Assembly: GCF_006345805.1 (NCBI RefSeq)
Contig: NC_043008.1
Span: 7,936,001 to 8,000,000 of the forward strand
Reading direction: 5' to 3'
DNA: 64,000 bases
Source of the DNA: Octopus sinensis
Taxonomy: Eukaryota
Numbering within the stretch: position 1 is the first letter of the stretch; each line of letters opens with the position of its first letter. Shown here in pieces: positions 14,870-27,715 of the stretch. Under the pieces are notes generated by a model. That model worked only from the letters and a program-made list of their open reading frames with translations. It made no database searches and had not been told where the DNA came from. The translations under genes were made by a program, and so were the position numbers.

Positions 14870-15170
14870 AGGAATTACCATGGAATTGCACCTAGAAAGT
14901 TCCTTTCCAAGGCACAAATCTGGGCAGCGTTGTTTATGAAAGACAAGCAGTCGTCCGTCCATAACAATCTCCTTTCTTTACATCACCGATGTTACATAAG
15001 GCCAAGGTAAAAGCAGATACGTTGCAATTAATTTCAACACCTGAGTAAATAGGATCAACCTGAAATAAACGATCTTGGTCAAGAACACAACATAGAGTCC
15101 GGTCCCGGAATGGAACTCAGTACCTCATGGAGCCTGACGCTCCAACCACTGACCTATGCACTTTCACTTA
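14870..15170 (-). mobile_element. Degenerate tRNA-derived SINE (family C)
   Basis: Minus-strand head GTGCATAGGTCAGTGGTTGGAGCGTCAGGCTCC...GAGTTCCATTCCGG has A/B-box-like motifs, followed by a repeat-like body. Confidence 0.65.
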
Positions 15171-15185
15171 CAAACACACACGCAC

Positions 15186-15225
<40 letters not shown>

Positions 15226-15308
15226 TTATTACAAGTATATTATTACATCATATGCGCTTCCCGTTTTTCATCTGGCCCTACAGACGCCAGGTGCAAACGG
15301 TCTCAGAT

Positions 15309-15446
15309 AATTCCTTCTGTACACTCAAACCAAAGTTAGGTGAAAAGATGGGATAGGACATTGAACATCTGTGAAATTCTTTAGTGTTACATAACTTCCG
15401 TTTTGTGTTTCCTTTGAAGCGTATATAGCACGTAATTGCCTATTTC
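15309..15446. repeat. Left copy of a 138-bp inverted duplication (partner 17879..18016)
   Basis: Reverse complement of 17879..18016 with 2 mismatches by manual comparison. Confidence 0.95.
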
Positions 15447-15491
15447 GACCATATCAAAATAAGTGTTTTCACATATTATTTTATAAAAGTA

Positions 15492-15877
15492 CTAGCAGTA
15501 TCGCCCGGCGTTGCTCAGGTTTGTAAGGGAAATAACTATAAAGCATTTTTAGAGAGTTATAGCCAAAAAATAGCAAAAAAATGGAAAAAAAATGATGGTA
15601 AATTTTTTTTTTGAGAGTAATAAAAGGTTGAGTTGCGTCCCCTAGACAGTCTGTGGTTTGTTTTTTTTTGTTCTCGACCCCATGTCGAATTTATCGATTT
15701 TTTTCAGAACTGGGGGAACTTTTCAAAATTTTCGCTGCGTTAGTTTTGAATTATGACATTGGGCTATGTGTGTGTCAAGTTTCATCAGAATCGGTTGAAA
15801 GCCGTGGTCAGGGTGAGGGTACGAGAAAACAGACACACAGAAACACGCACAGACAAACTGCCGTTTATATAGAGAGA
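15492..15877 (-). mobile_element. Non-autonomous Helitron (Lep1-like architecture)
   Basis: Minus strand starts TC(TCTCTATATAAA), has a CA/GACA-rich tract near the 5' end, a 3' hairpin CCTGAGCAACGCCGGG, ends CTAG, and sits between A and T. Shares its 3' ~60 bp with 62401. Confidence 0.8.
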
Positions 15878-16194
15878 TACACGAAGATAACGCAATGTAA
15901 CAGATGGCCCGCTAAGGCCTGTGTTCCAGCCATTCGAGCTGTAAAGTGAAATCATATTAAGGAGCTGATTATATACACGTACACTCAAAAATATATGAGC
16001 ACAATAGGCAACATATATATTAACATAACTAGACATGCATCAATTCTTTGAAATAGTCAAGATCTATCAAATGCATAAACGTATATACATGCTCATATTT
16101 ATAAAGGAACGCGCGAAAGTATGTACCTATGTATACACACACACACGCAAACGCGCGTAATATATATGTATGTATGTATGTATGTACATTCACA

Positions 16195-16356
16195 GGCGCG
16201 GGAGTGACTGTGTAGTAAGATACTTGCTTACCAGCCACATGGTTCCAGGTTCAGTCCCAATGCGAGGGACCTTGGGCAATTATCTTCTACTATGGCTCCG
16301 GGCCGATCAAAGCCTTGTGAGTGGATTTGTTAGACGGAAACTGAGAGAACCCCGTC
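16195..16356 (+). mobile_element. SINE 5' half, tRNA-like head (family A)
   Basis: GGCGCGGGAGTGACTGTGTAGTAAG...GGTTCAGTCCC...GGAAACTGAGAGAACCCCGTC matches the head of the full copy at 50391..50800. Confidence 0.9.
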
Positions 16357-16389
<33 letters not shown>

Positions 16390-16493
16390 ATATATATTTA
16401 AATATTGAGGGAGATAAATTAATATTAATTTTAATATCAATTTAAAACCAGTAGTCCAGCATTCAAAAATCTGAGAAGTCAGAGAAAATTCAA

Positions 16494-17093
16494 ATATATG
16501 TGTATATTGGCAGGGCTGGCCTGCTAGGTAGCCGGCCGAATGCTAGAAGAAGATCATCAAAGATCAAACTACAAGGGAAATTCTCTAGAGGAAGAATTCA
16601 GCGAACACCAGAACCAAATTTGGCGGGCAGGACATATGAAAATTTAAATAAAAAACAGACTTAAATGCATACCTCGGTTTCGGTCTTTAACAAAAGAATT
16701 ACTTGCATAATTCTTGCAGCCCTTCGCTTCAGGAAGTTCTTAGCGCGCCAGAACCAAGACATTTGAAATTTTATTCCTGATGTAATCAGTAAAACTAAGC
16801 ACGTGTCTGTCTTGACACAGAGAGCTGGGGTTAGTTTTTCAGTTTGCATCTCGATGACCGAATGTACTAATGAAGTCACGGACATTTGAATTATGCAAGT
16901 AATTCTTTTGTTAAAGACCGAAACCGAGGTATGCATTTAAGTCTGTTTTTTATTTAAATTATCATATGTCCTGCCCGCCAAATTTGGTTCTGGTGTTCGC
17001 TGAATTCTTCCTCTAGAGAATTTCCCTTGTAGTTTGATCGTTGATGATCTTCTTCTAGCATTCGGCCGGCTACCTAGCAGGCCAGCCCTGCCA

Positions 17094-17107
<14 letters not shown>
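16494..17107. mobile_element. About 610-bp palindromic Penelope-like remnant (about 220-bp inverted arms, 174-bp spacer)
   Basis: 16494..16713 is the reverse complement of 16888..17107 (about 3 mismatches); it contains a hammerhead-like motif and is flanked by (AT)n. The palindrome is directly seen; the PLE assignment is inferred. Confidence 0.75.
16861..16937 (+). ncRNA. Type I hammerhead ribozyme-like motif with a core substitution (CTAATGA)
   Basis: AATGTA / CTAATGA / AGTC...GAATTA-tgcaag-TAATTC...GACC / GAAAC CGAG GTA / TGCATT. Stem I has 6 bp (one G-U), stem II is extended, the cleavage triplet is GUA, and G5 of the core is replaced by A. Confidence 0.6.
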
Positions 17108-17180
<73 letters not shown>

Positions 17181-17415
17181 TTGTGAGCGTGATTGTGTCT
17201 GTATACTTTTCTGTCTATGTTTGTCCACCCACCATCGTTTGACAACCGATGTTGGTGTGTTTACATTCTCATAACTTACCGGGTCGTCAAAAGAGGACGA
17301 AGGATATGTATTATGCTTATAAAGAATACGTCCTGAGGGTCGTTTTGTTCGAATAAATGTGGTGCTTTGTCATGTCCGCAGTCAAATGAATGAAGCAAAT
17401 GTAAGATTAAAAGAA
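17181..17415 (+). mobile_element. Diverged SINE 3' half (family A)
   Basis: CCACCATCGTTTGACAACCGATGTTGGTGTGTTTAC...GTCCGCAGTCAAATGAATGAAGCAAATG is homologous to 1578 and 34190. Confidence 0.8.
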
Positions 17416-17438
17416 AAGAATATATAAGTGCATATATG

Positions 17439-17570
<132 letters not shown>

Positions 17571-17878
17571 GTATATAAATATATATATATATGTATATAT
17601 ACACGCTCACATATTTAAATGAATATAACACTAAATCGATGAGATCAAAAACGTCCATGTTACAAAGAGTTGGATAGCTTCAAGCATAGCTACAGCGTAT
17701 CTCTATAACACAAAGTAGATGATACTCGATCAATAAAGTTTATCAACCAGCCTATGTAATACACTTCGCTCCATATTGAATTATATTGAAGTTCTGATAC
17801 GAAAACCAATATACAAGTCCAGTATATGACAATAAACGTTGTTAATTATACGACTATAAATCAGTGAGTGAAAGGAAT

Positions 17879-18016
17879 GAAATAGGCAATTACGTGCTAT
17901 ATACGCTTCAAAGGAAACACAAAACGGAAGTTATGTAACACTAAAGAATTTCACAGATGTTCAATGTCCTATCCCATCTTTTCACTTAACTTTGGTTTGA
18001 GTGTACTGAAGGAATT
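17879..18016. repeat. Right copy of the 138-bp inverted duplication (partner 15309..15446)
   Basis: Direct comparison with the left copy. Confidence 0.95.
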
Positions 18017-18313
18017 TAATTGGTCACTTGACTAAACCAAGCATCCACAAAATATTCCACTGTCGAACGGGGACAAATTTCTTCCCGCTTTCTCGTAGCG
18101 AATTATTTCCGAGTAAGCACTTGTAAAGAACACGTAAAAATTATGAGAGGCGAAGAGAAACTGAGTAACTATTCAATACTTAAAAGTTACATAACTCTGG
18201 TGTTTCCTCTGAAACACTTTGCATATCATTACTTATGCCATTCCGGGCACCAACTTATTTACATACATATATATAAATATATGACTATGCATATATGCTG
18301 CAGTAAATAGATC

Positions 18314-18398
<85 letters not shown>

Positions 18399-18414
18399 TG
18401 ATATTCGAACTCAC

Positions 18415-19055
18415 ATCCCTGTGATCAAATAAAGTTGAGATGTATTGAAAGATACAGGTAAGGAAATAACTTTATTGTCAAACGCAGTTTGAGTCATGTT
18501 TCTTTTCTAGTAATCTACTAGTAATTTTTTAAACTTGTATCTACACATTATATAATTAATTTGATACACCTCATTGTGCAACTGTAGATGAATCCTTTAT
18601 CATTTATTTTCCTCTATGTCTTATGTATATAAATTGTTTCTTATCGTTTCCATAGTCATTGAAAAACAAATTTCAAACAGAACCATCTAACGCCCTCTTT
18701 GGAAAGAAACTGAAAGAAAGGCTTGCAACAAAATCAAATAATGAGGTGGTAGGCCCATGAACTGTCTACGAACGTGTGGAAGAAAACTGGGTCAGACATT
18801 TCAAGAAGGTCACAGCACCCTCAAATACAAACCAAAGACAGGGAGATCTTTTGTTGTAGAAGTTGATACCCTGCTTCAAATGACTGAACAACAGCCAAGT
18901 ATAAGCATAAGCAGTCATATATTATCGAAAGAACTTGGTCTTTCACAAAGCTCCATCAATCGACAACACAATCTCGGCTTGCGAACAGATGCTATCGAGA
19001 GACTCCCCATGAACTGACCCATAACCAGGCTCAACGATATGTGAACATTTCCAAA
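18415..19055 (+). mobile_element. Mariner-type transposase remnant (N-terminal HTH region)
   Basis: FQEGHSTLKYKPKTGRSFVVEVDTLLQMTEQQP...LSKELGLSQSSINR, then after a frameshift PHELTHNQAQRYVNI; matches the mariner pattern F..G...L....R.GRP...La.eLgvs..tI.r...vPHeL. Confidence 0.65.
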
Positions 19056-20399
19056 TAACGTAGGCAATACGCGAGACACTCGTTTTTAGCGTGAAATCAT
19101 AAGAGAAATGATAATAACTATGCCGGGAAGGATAGCCAAAAAAAGAAAAAAAACACGAAATTCTTAAATTCTTAAATGACTTTCAAGTAAAGACTTTTTA
19201 CAGAAACTCTGTTTATGAAAGTTTTGTGAAGTTAAAAACAAAAAACGCATATAATTAATTTGATTAAAACTCTCTTCCCTCTCGCCTCGATCGGCTTTCC
19301 TCACAATATTCGAACAATGCATAATCTGTGAAGCAAACGGAATAATACATTCTTTTAATGTCTTCCAATGTAAGTTATAATTTATTGCATAGCTATGTTA
19401 AGGAGATTGTCAATATGAGTGAAGTAGCGGTATAATATGTACACATTGCAGCTACCAAGAATAAAAATTAGTTATGGTCTTACTAATTTGTATAAAAACA
19501 ATACAAAATATTTATATAAAATATATATTTGACACATTTAATTCAAAATCTAAACATCCAGCAACGATTTACAATATGCCCAGAAGTTATAATCTGTTTT
19601 TCTAATTCTTGCTGCCAGATATAGATATGTTGAATTAACTTTAGCTGTGTACTTTAATATATATCTCTGCAAATGAATTGCAATAGCTAAGATGGTATAT
19701 GTAGTAATTTGTCTGTACTAATATAACGAGGAATAACAAAAAGATAAATAATAGTATAGTGTTTTAGCATATTAACTACGCCTAGCATGATGGCATAAAA
19801 AATGAGGTGGGAAAATTTTACTCAAGACTATTACAGTAGCTGTATGTGTGAAAATTGTCAAGATAGAAGTTCCCTGAAGGAAATAATCTACGTTCACAAC
19901 GTCTCTCTTTCAACACCTCTCTGTCTCATTCTCTCTCGCTCTCTCTTTCTCTATCTCTATCTCTCTTTCTCCCCCTCTCTCTGTATATACATATATATAT
20001 GTGTGTGTTTGTGTGTGTATAGTTTTATCTTTCTCTCCCCCATTCCCCATTTATCCCCCTCTGTCATATTTCCTTTTCTCTCACTTGCGAATTATAAACG
20101 AAGGGAAAAGGCATAACTTTTAAACGCCTTTTAAATTATCAGCCTGCGTAAACTGTTTACTTCAATTCAATATATTTGCCACGCCGTATGCCATGATGAT
20201 TACAAATATGGGAAACAAACTGTGCCACGTATGACTACCAATGTTTAAATATTTAGGATCATTGTAATGAGGAGAAAAAATTACTAGAAATGTCTATTAT
20301 TTGCATCTACTTTACACTTAAAATTCAAATTCAAATTCATTGCTGGTACGATTAAATTTCCTGTAGCGATTGCCTCCCTTTAACTGTCACCAACACTCT

Positions 20400-21300
20400 T
20401 GTTCAACTAACTGTGGCGGGGAATTTTCATTTTATCCACACACACGGATAGTAAAAACCAATAGGATATGTGTCCGAAGAACATAACGAAACATAAACAA
20501 CCTGAGAGATAGCAGGCTGCAATACATCAACTACGTTATAATTAGAGACACCAAAAATTTGTTTGAAGTCAAGACTAGAACAGAATATATATTTATGAAA
20601 TTCATCACGGTATAGAAATTTCCTGGCTGGAATTGACCTCCATGTAGGATTTTTCTCTCGCTCTTTTATTTCATTTTCTTTCCTACTAAATTCGATCAAG
20701 GAGAGAAACCAGTAGAAAAACAAAGTTATTCTTTGACTATCGACTAAAGGTAATCGACATGAAGATAGATTTGGTAAGTAAATATAGTATATTTTTGTAG
20801 CCTTTTTTGCCATGATGATTTTTCCGAATTGGGATGAAATAAAATTGTACTTGGCTGAAAATGTCTAAATATATTTGGGATCTTTTGAGTATGATTAAAA
20901 ACATGTAATGGTCGTGTGTAGCCTGTGAATCTTCCTTACACAAAAATCTACAATTTCAAGCACCAGGCTATGATGTTATGATTTAGTAGAAGTGAATGCA
21001 CCCCTTACTGTAACTATTGCCATGTTTTCATTACTGCAACTCGATATGCATTCAAAGTGATGGCGACAGCAAGCTATGTGCCCGTAGAAAATGTCTCTAA
21101 AGACAACTCACATAACGAAAAATAAACAACACAAAGGTTGCAAGTAAAATGTATAATCTCTGCCAGCAATCATGAGAGAGAAAGTTTGATAAATTCCTTT
21201 AAAATCAAGTATGTTATAATTGTTTCGTCAATTCGATTACGTCAGTAGAAACGGTTTATTCGATCGCATGACGTTATAGCAATCACTGTCCGGTTGTGAG
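20400..21300 (-). pseudogene. Possible decayed class A GPCR (FMRFamide / sex-peptide-receptor-like group), TM2 to TM7
   Basis: Manual translation gives VIAITSCD (TM2-like, 21263-21286), FTCNLCVVYFRY...STGT*LAVAITLNAYRVAV (TM3-like, about 21032-21150), RLPLV..RITLFFYWFLSLIEFSRKENEIKER (TM5/ICL3-like, in ORF 20427..20813) and TYPIGFYYPCVWIK*KFP (TM7/helix 8-like, about 20415-20471). Confidence 0.45.
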
Positions 21301-21480
21301 GATACGAATAAGAATTCACTGCTGCATGATGTTGAACGAGTACCGGTGGTGGATATTTTAAGAGAGATAATTTCTTCTAATGTATCTTAAATGATGTTAG
21401 TGAATTTAGATTTTTAAATTTAAGTGCAACGAAGATGCTGAGTATAGTCGTAACTAATAATTGCTTCATACTTTGTAAAA

Positions 21481-21792
21481 GTGAATGTGTATGGCTTAGT
21501 GCGTTGGGTATTCGGCTCTCGATCGTAAAGTCGTACGTTCGATTCTCGGCGACGTGTTGTGTCACTGAGCAAGATACTTTATTCCATTCAGCTGGCAAAA
21601 ATGAGTGCTATATGTGTTTCAAAGGAGCCAACCATGTTACATTCTCTGTTATGCTGAATCTCCCTGATAACTACGTTAAGGGTACACGTGTTTGCGGACT
21701 GCTTAGCCACATGTACGTTGATTTCAAGAGCAGGCTGTTCCGTTGATCGGATCAACTGGAACCTGCCTCGTCCTAACCGACAAAGTGCCAGT
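21481..21792 (+). mobile_element. tRNA-derived SINE (family C)
   Basis: A-box-like TGGCTTAGTGCG and B-box GTTCGATTCT, followed by a repeat-like body. Confidence 0.7.
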
Positions 21793-21825
21793 TAACGTTT
21801 TAAAAGGATCAGAAATATTTTTTAG

Positions 21826-22074
21826 GCATAGACACATGTGTACCTGTATGGTAAGAAACTTGCGTCCCAACAACATGGACCCGGGTTCAATGTTACTTCA
21901 TGACACTTTAGAAAAGTGCCTTCTACAATAGCCTCATGCCTTGAGAATGGTTTTGGTAGATGGAAACTGAAAGAAACCCGTTGTGTGTATACGCACACAC
22001 TCTCTCTCTCTCCCTCTCACTCACACACAGACACACATATATATGTATATATACATGTATATTTATATATATAT

Positions 22075-22123
<49 letters not shown>

Positions 22124-22377
22124 ATATATATATATATACATACATGTCGATGTATCTGTCTTTGTGTCTGTAATTGTGTCTACCATCGTTTGCGAACCAG
22201 TGATGGTGCGTTTACCTCTCCGTATTCTAACGGTTAAAAAAAGAGAAGCTTATAGAATAAATGTCAAGTTTAAAAATTACGGGTGGGAATGGGATCGATT
22301 CATTCGACTAAAATTTTTCAAGACAGCGCCCCGTCACTACCACCTTCTAATGAATGCAAAAAGCAAAACATATAAGG
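21826..22377 (+). mobile_element. Old near-full SINE (family A) with an expanded internal microsatellite
   Basis: Degenerate head (GGTAAGAAACTTG...GGGTTCAATG...GGAAACTGAAAGAAACCCG), central (CT)/(CA)/(AT) tract, and a degenerate 3' half. Confidence 0.75.
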
Positions 22378-23200
22378 TTCGTTCAATGCTACTGTATCCT
22401 TATTTTGTATTACATTACATTCTTCTAAGTTGTCTTCAGAGACTGCAGTTAGTTCTGAAAGTGAAAGTAAAAGTGAATAATGAGAGAGACAGAAAAGATA
22501 CACATACAGATGTATGCGTTGGTGAATGGAGAAATGATTCCATAAAAGTATCCAATATAGTTATAAGAGTCTATTAATATCTAAACAATATTTCCGATTG
22601 AAGTAACGAGTAGAAAAAATACTAAATACATATATGCTGCATCTCCTTTATTATTCAAACATTTATATTTTAAAATTCACACCGTGAATTACAATTTATC
22701 TAGAAGTGGTTGACTCATTTTAATATGAAGCAGGAAGAAGTCTATCAGTTATAATGTTTTAGGCTGGGGAATCTAATTTATATATTCACACATATATTAG
22801 GCGACAGTGTGTCAAAAGAAATTTTATATAATAAGATAAGGGATAAACAAGTAAGCAATAGCAGTTAAAATACTTTGTCTACATCCGGAATGATGACAAC
22901 AAAACGGGTTCGTAGAAGGCGCTTCCGAGGGCGTCACGTAATGTGATTGAAAACTTCCTTTTGTTCATCAGCTTTTTTTGTATTTGTTTAGATGAGACTC
23001 AGCTCTTAATTTTAGATGTTATGTTTCCCTATTCATTTATGTTTTAAGACAATTGATCCTGTAGTTTTCTGTAATGTTCTGGCAACCGCACACACATACA
23101 CACACGCACACATACACATATATACAATAACAGTGCATCTCGGCGTTGCCCGTGCGTTACGACCTTCAGCCACATTAAGTTCGTCATTCAGTTCTCTTTA

Positions 23201-23330
23201 TTGGTTTCAAATTTTGGCCCCGGGCCAGCAATTTCGCAGGTAGGGGTAAGTCGATTACATCGACCCCAGTGCTTCACTGCTACTTCTTTTACCGACTACA
23301 AAAGGATGAAAAGCAAAGCCAGTCTCGGCG
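23201..23330 (-). mobile_element. SINE fragment (family B)
   Basis: AAGTCGATTACATCGACCCCAGTG...AAAGGATGAAAAGCAAAG is homologous to 40138..40288. Confidence 0.8.
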
Positions 23331-24029
23331 TATACAGATTTTTATATTAGTGTTAGAATAATAAAAAAAATGTCGGAATTTAGCTCGTTAACAATCATAT
23401 GATTCTAGGATGAAATACTGTCTGAATCGGCTTTTAAGATTATTAATTGTCAAACAAAATATGAAGATTATACGCGGGGATCAAAAAGATATGAGTAAAA
23501 AGCAAATATCATTTAAATATCAAACGATAGTACACTCTATTTTATCATATTTAATACAGTACGTAAGCAACCCCCATTAATTGTTAGAGGAGTTGTCAAA
23601 ACTGACGCGTCATCTGCATAATCATTGCCGTAAGTATGTAGTACAAAGACTCACATACACGCCTATAGACTTGCATATGTATAGATGTACTTATTTATGC
23701 ACACACCATACGTGCGTATGTTTGGGTGTTTATAGATAAGTAAATACAGACGTGCGTGTATACGCATTTTTATTCAATAGATTTGTTTTTTTTTCTTATG
23801 ACATCATCGAAAAAAAAACCTCTTCTAGAAGAATCTTTGTGTATCTAAAATAATTGCATCGTGTATTTATATAATATTAAGCAAAGAAGCGTTATACTGC
23901 AAACACACACACACACACATACACAGAAGCACAAAACACACGCAAAGGCACATATGCACATACTCCTACACATACATATTTTACTCTGTTTTGTGTGCGT
24001 GTTTCTCCCTCTCTCTCTCCCTCTCTCTG

Positions 24030-24215
<186 letters not shown>

Positions 24216-25579
24216 ACAGCACACAGTTTTCCACTGATTGTAGTGATTCTGTTGTTTCTGCGCCGCACCTAGCTTTGAAAAGAACAGTATTTTCCATAAA
24301 ATTTAATTAGATCAAACCAACCATACATACATATACATACTCTGAAAATCCCGCACGCGCATATATCTTTAAAGACACACCTATGCTCTGTTTCATATAC
24401 ATTAGTCGTTTAATTAATTATTTCAAAATACTCGTCTGAATATTACTTTCCACACATCCAAGCATTCATTCGCACAAAAGAGAATCAATGGAGACTGTTA
24501 AATTTTAAATTGATTTGATATTGCTTTTATTTTTGCTTTTCATTTATTTGTTTATAGATCGTGTACATGCTGAACCGTATTTATATTGATTAAAATTTTG
24601 TCATTCTCTACCACTCCTAGTGTTCAAGAAGATATTAATTGATTCGCGCTAAAAATTAATTATCGAAACACAATTTGGTCAATGTGCTAGATTTAATTTT
24701 TCATTGTTGTTGTTTTAGCTGTTAAAATGACAGGAACTACAGGCCAGCCGTATTACAGCTACTAATAATGTTGTTCCATGTTCAAAGTTCAAATCCCATT
24801 GGTCCATCTTCGCGTTTCACACCTCATATTCAGAGGTGAGGTTATTCTTAATAACCACATTATGGTTGTTATTTGGACAGAGATCAATATATAACGAATG
24901 ACAACCAGAGAGAAAGCAAATTTTGGAACATCTTTTTAAGATTAATTTTGTGCAGATTTTCTGCCGCCAGCTTCAATTGAGAGCTAAAGCCTCAATCTCA
25001 GGAATTACATCTTTCTATTCATTATCATACTACGGTTTCCTAAGACAACATTGAATTCTTTGATTATTTTGAATGATGTGAATGGTAGATTGACAGTGTC
25101 TCTCCTGCTATGCATTACGAACGAACGTTTCTTTAAATACTTTCTCTAAGTATTTAGATTCGTTCGTAATTTCTAAATAACTTCAACGTTTCTGTGAGGT
25201 CAAAAACATGAGGGACAGACGAAGCCGAAAAGAGTCGTCTTAGCTAAAAATTATCTCCTTTCGTGCGACTATCAAATGACCCTAAAATGCTTTAATTATG
25301 CGGCTCTTTACTTTCCGTTCATTCTTTTTGAAATATTTCTCGAATTTAATTCAGCGTATGTTATATTCATAGTTTGAAATCTTTACCATTAGATCAGACA
25401 CGAGGCTACGAGCAGTATATTTTATACCCCATTCAGACAATTCCCAGAGTTGCAGGTTTCAGAAGAAATATCTAAACATAACGACGCATATGAAAGTCAA
25501 ATGGATGGTGTTTACTGGTCCATGTATAGACAGGTTGGCCTGTTTTTCTTTAATTTGTATTAATCTATTTTATTTATAT

Positions 25580-25790
25580 TCTTTTATTCTTTTATTTGCT
25601 TCAGTAACTTGAGTGCGATCAGACTTGAGCAAGGCTTTAGTCGAATGAATTGACGCCAAGACTTATTCTTTGTAATCCGAGTACTTATTCCATTCGAACC
25701 GTTAGGTTACGAGGGACTTAAAAACACTAACATTGGCTGTAAATTGATGGCGGGGAGAACAAACACAGACACACAAACATACACACACAC
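25580..25790 (-). mobile_element. Diverged SINE 3' half (family A)
   Basis: Same orientation and motifs as 50391..50590 (TTGCTTCAGT...GACTTATTCTTTGTAA...GTACTTATTC). Confidence 0.7.
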
Positions 25791-25796
25791 TCACAC

Positions 25797-25842
<46 letters not shown>

Positions 25843-25844
<2 letters not shown>

Positions 25845-26092
25845 TTAGAGACAACTATTATGCAAATCAAACAAAAAAAGACTTAATCCAATACATAAAA
25901 TTTTTAATATAAATTAAATATAATTAAGATATCCACTACGATCGTTTCTTGTCACTTCTATGGACATTCATCAGGTGGTTTCAAGACCTATGCAATTTTG
26001 AAACATGTATATTATATTATATTTTACTATAAAATTGGATTCAATCCTAAATCTGATTTTTCCCTGTAAATTTGGATTTATTCCCTAATATT
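25843..26092 (-). mobile_element. About 250-bp non-autonomous Penelope-like (pLTR / retrozyme-like) element
   Basis: Flanked by (AT)n and contains a minimal hammerhead. Its head (AATATTAGGGAATAAATCCAAATTTACAGGG...) and tail recur at 57304 and 58536. Confidence 0.7.
25931..25980 (-). ncRNA. Minimal type I hammerhead ribozyme with an intact catalytic core
   Basis: Minus strand: CCAC / CTGATGA / A-TGTC-catagaagt-GACA-A / GAAAC GATC GTA / GTGG. Stem I 4 bp, stem II 4 bp plus an A-A mismatch at its base, palindromic stem III region ACGATCGT, cleavage triplet GUA. Confidence 0.75.
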
Positions 26093-26758
26093 TATTATAT
26101 ATATATATATATATACATACATACGTACATACATACATACATACATACATACATACATACATACATACATACATACATACATACACACAAACACACACAC
26201 ACATATATATATATGTATATATATAAAGTAATTTGTTTTGACTTATATACATTAGATGATTTATAAACAATTCAGTCCACCTATATTAGCTCCATCAGTG
26301 CTTTGGTTTAAACACAGGCGAAATGCCTTGTGAAAGGACGGCTGGATTGTAAAGAAATTCACTCAAATGCCCATGTATTATGCGCGTGAGCGTTAGCTTT
26401 TCAACTACATAACAATTACAATAAAAGAGGAACAAAATTGTAACGGACAAAATACTTAAGTAAATAGAATCTACAAATATCAGAATATATTTCTATATAA
26501 CTCAAATGATATTAATCCAAGCACATTTCGGTCGAAGACAATCTCTGGCTATTATAATTACATACAACAACATTATGTAGATATATAAATTAAGTATCAG
26601 GGTGTCACTTAATCGAGAGACTAATAAAAAGTGTAAATAAATATAAATGATGATATAATATTATATTGGTAATATATAACAACTCTTCTCTGTTATTTAA
26701 AGTTATTGGTATAAAAATATTTGTTCAAAGTAACTGACGATAAGTGATCTTTATTTAT

Positions 26759-26868
26759 TTAATTTATCGGAGGGAGAATTCCTTAATTAATATGAAGAGA
26801 ACCCTAACATAAATGTTCTTTATTTACTTAATTTATCGGACGGAGAATTCCGTAAAGAATATGAAGAT
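26759..26868 (+). repeat. Two diverged direct copies of a ~40-bp motif, 70 bp apart
   Basis: TTAATTTATCGGAGGGAGAATTCC...AATATGAAGA and TTAATTTATCGGACGGAGAATTCC...AATATGAAGA. Confidence 0.8.
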
Positions 26869-27715
26869 TAATTTAGAGCGACAATAACTACAACCTATAT
26901 TACCCAATAGATATAGAGCTGGGTTATCATAATGGATATCAAAATATTACTAGTTTTTCAAAAGTAACCAGATTTGAAGTTTGATTATTCACAGTGACTA
27001 ACAGGTAAATGTCACTGTATACGTATGAAAGGGAGAACGCAGTAAATTAAATAAAATAAGATAAACGCAAACAAGTATAAATAGTATGTATCGAAATTAT
27101 ATCAATTCTTTCAGAAGTAATAATGTATTGTTGTAATACAGTAGTTCGGTAATTCCCGGACAAGCGGGGCTTAACTTTTGATTCCGTTCTCATAATTGTT
27201 GTGGTAATCCAATAACAACAGTACAAAGTATGTAGCTGTTAAAACAAGATCTTGTTTTTACGAATTCCCCGTAAGTTATGAATACGCAAACTCTGAAGCC
27301 AGTTATGTAATAACGTTGGAATTAGTTAACCGATATTAAAAATTCAAATAAAGTAGCTCCGAAAAGGGCTTTAATGCGTTCCCAGAGTATATAGAACATA
27401 GGAGGAAATACGAATAAGGTATATATACTAAACTTGTGAAGAATGTTACGTAATAACAGTATAATCAGATATGAGATAATAACAATTCAAAGTAGATAAC
27501 TTTGAAATTGGGTTTTGTGCATTCCCAGAGGCATTATTGTTGAAATAGATTTACAATAAATGTAGAAACAGACTGACATTTAGTTTTACAGTAGACACAC
27601 AAATAAATTTGTATATAGATTTTAAAATAAAATAACACACATATTATCAATGCATTTACAACACTTATAAATATTATAGCTACAAAATGAATACCTGATG
27701 ATTTGGTGAATTGTA

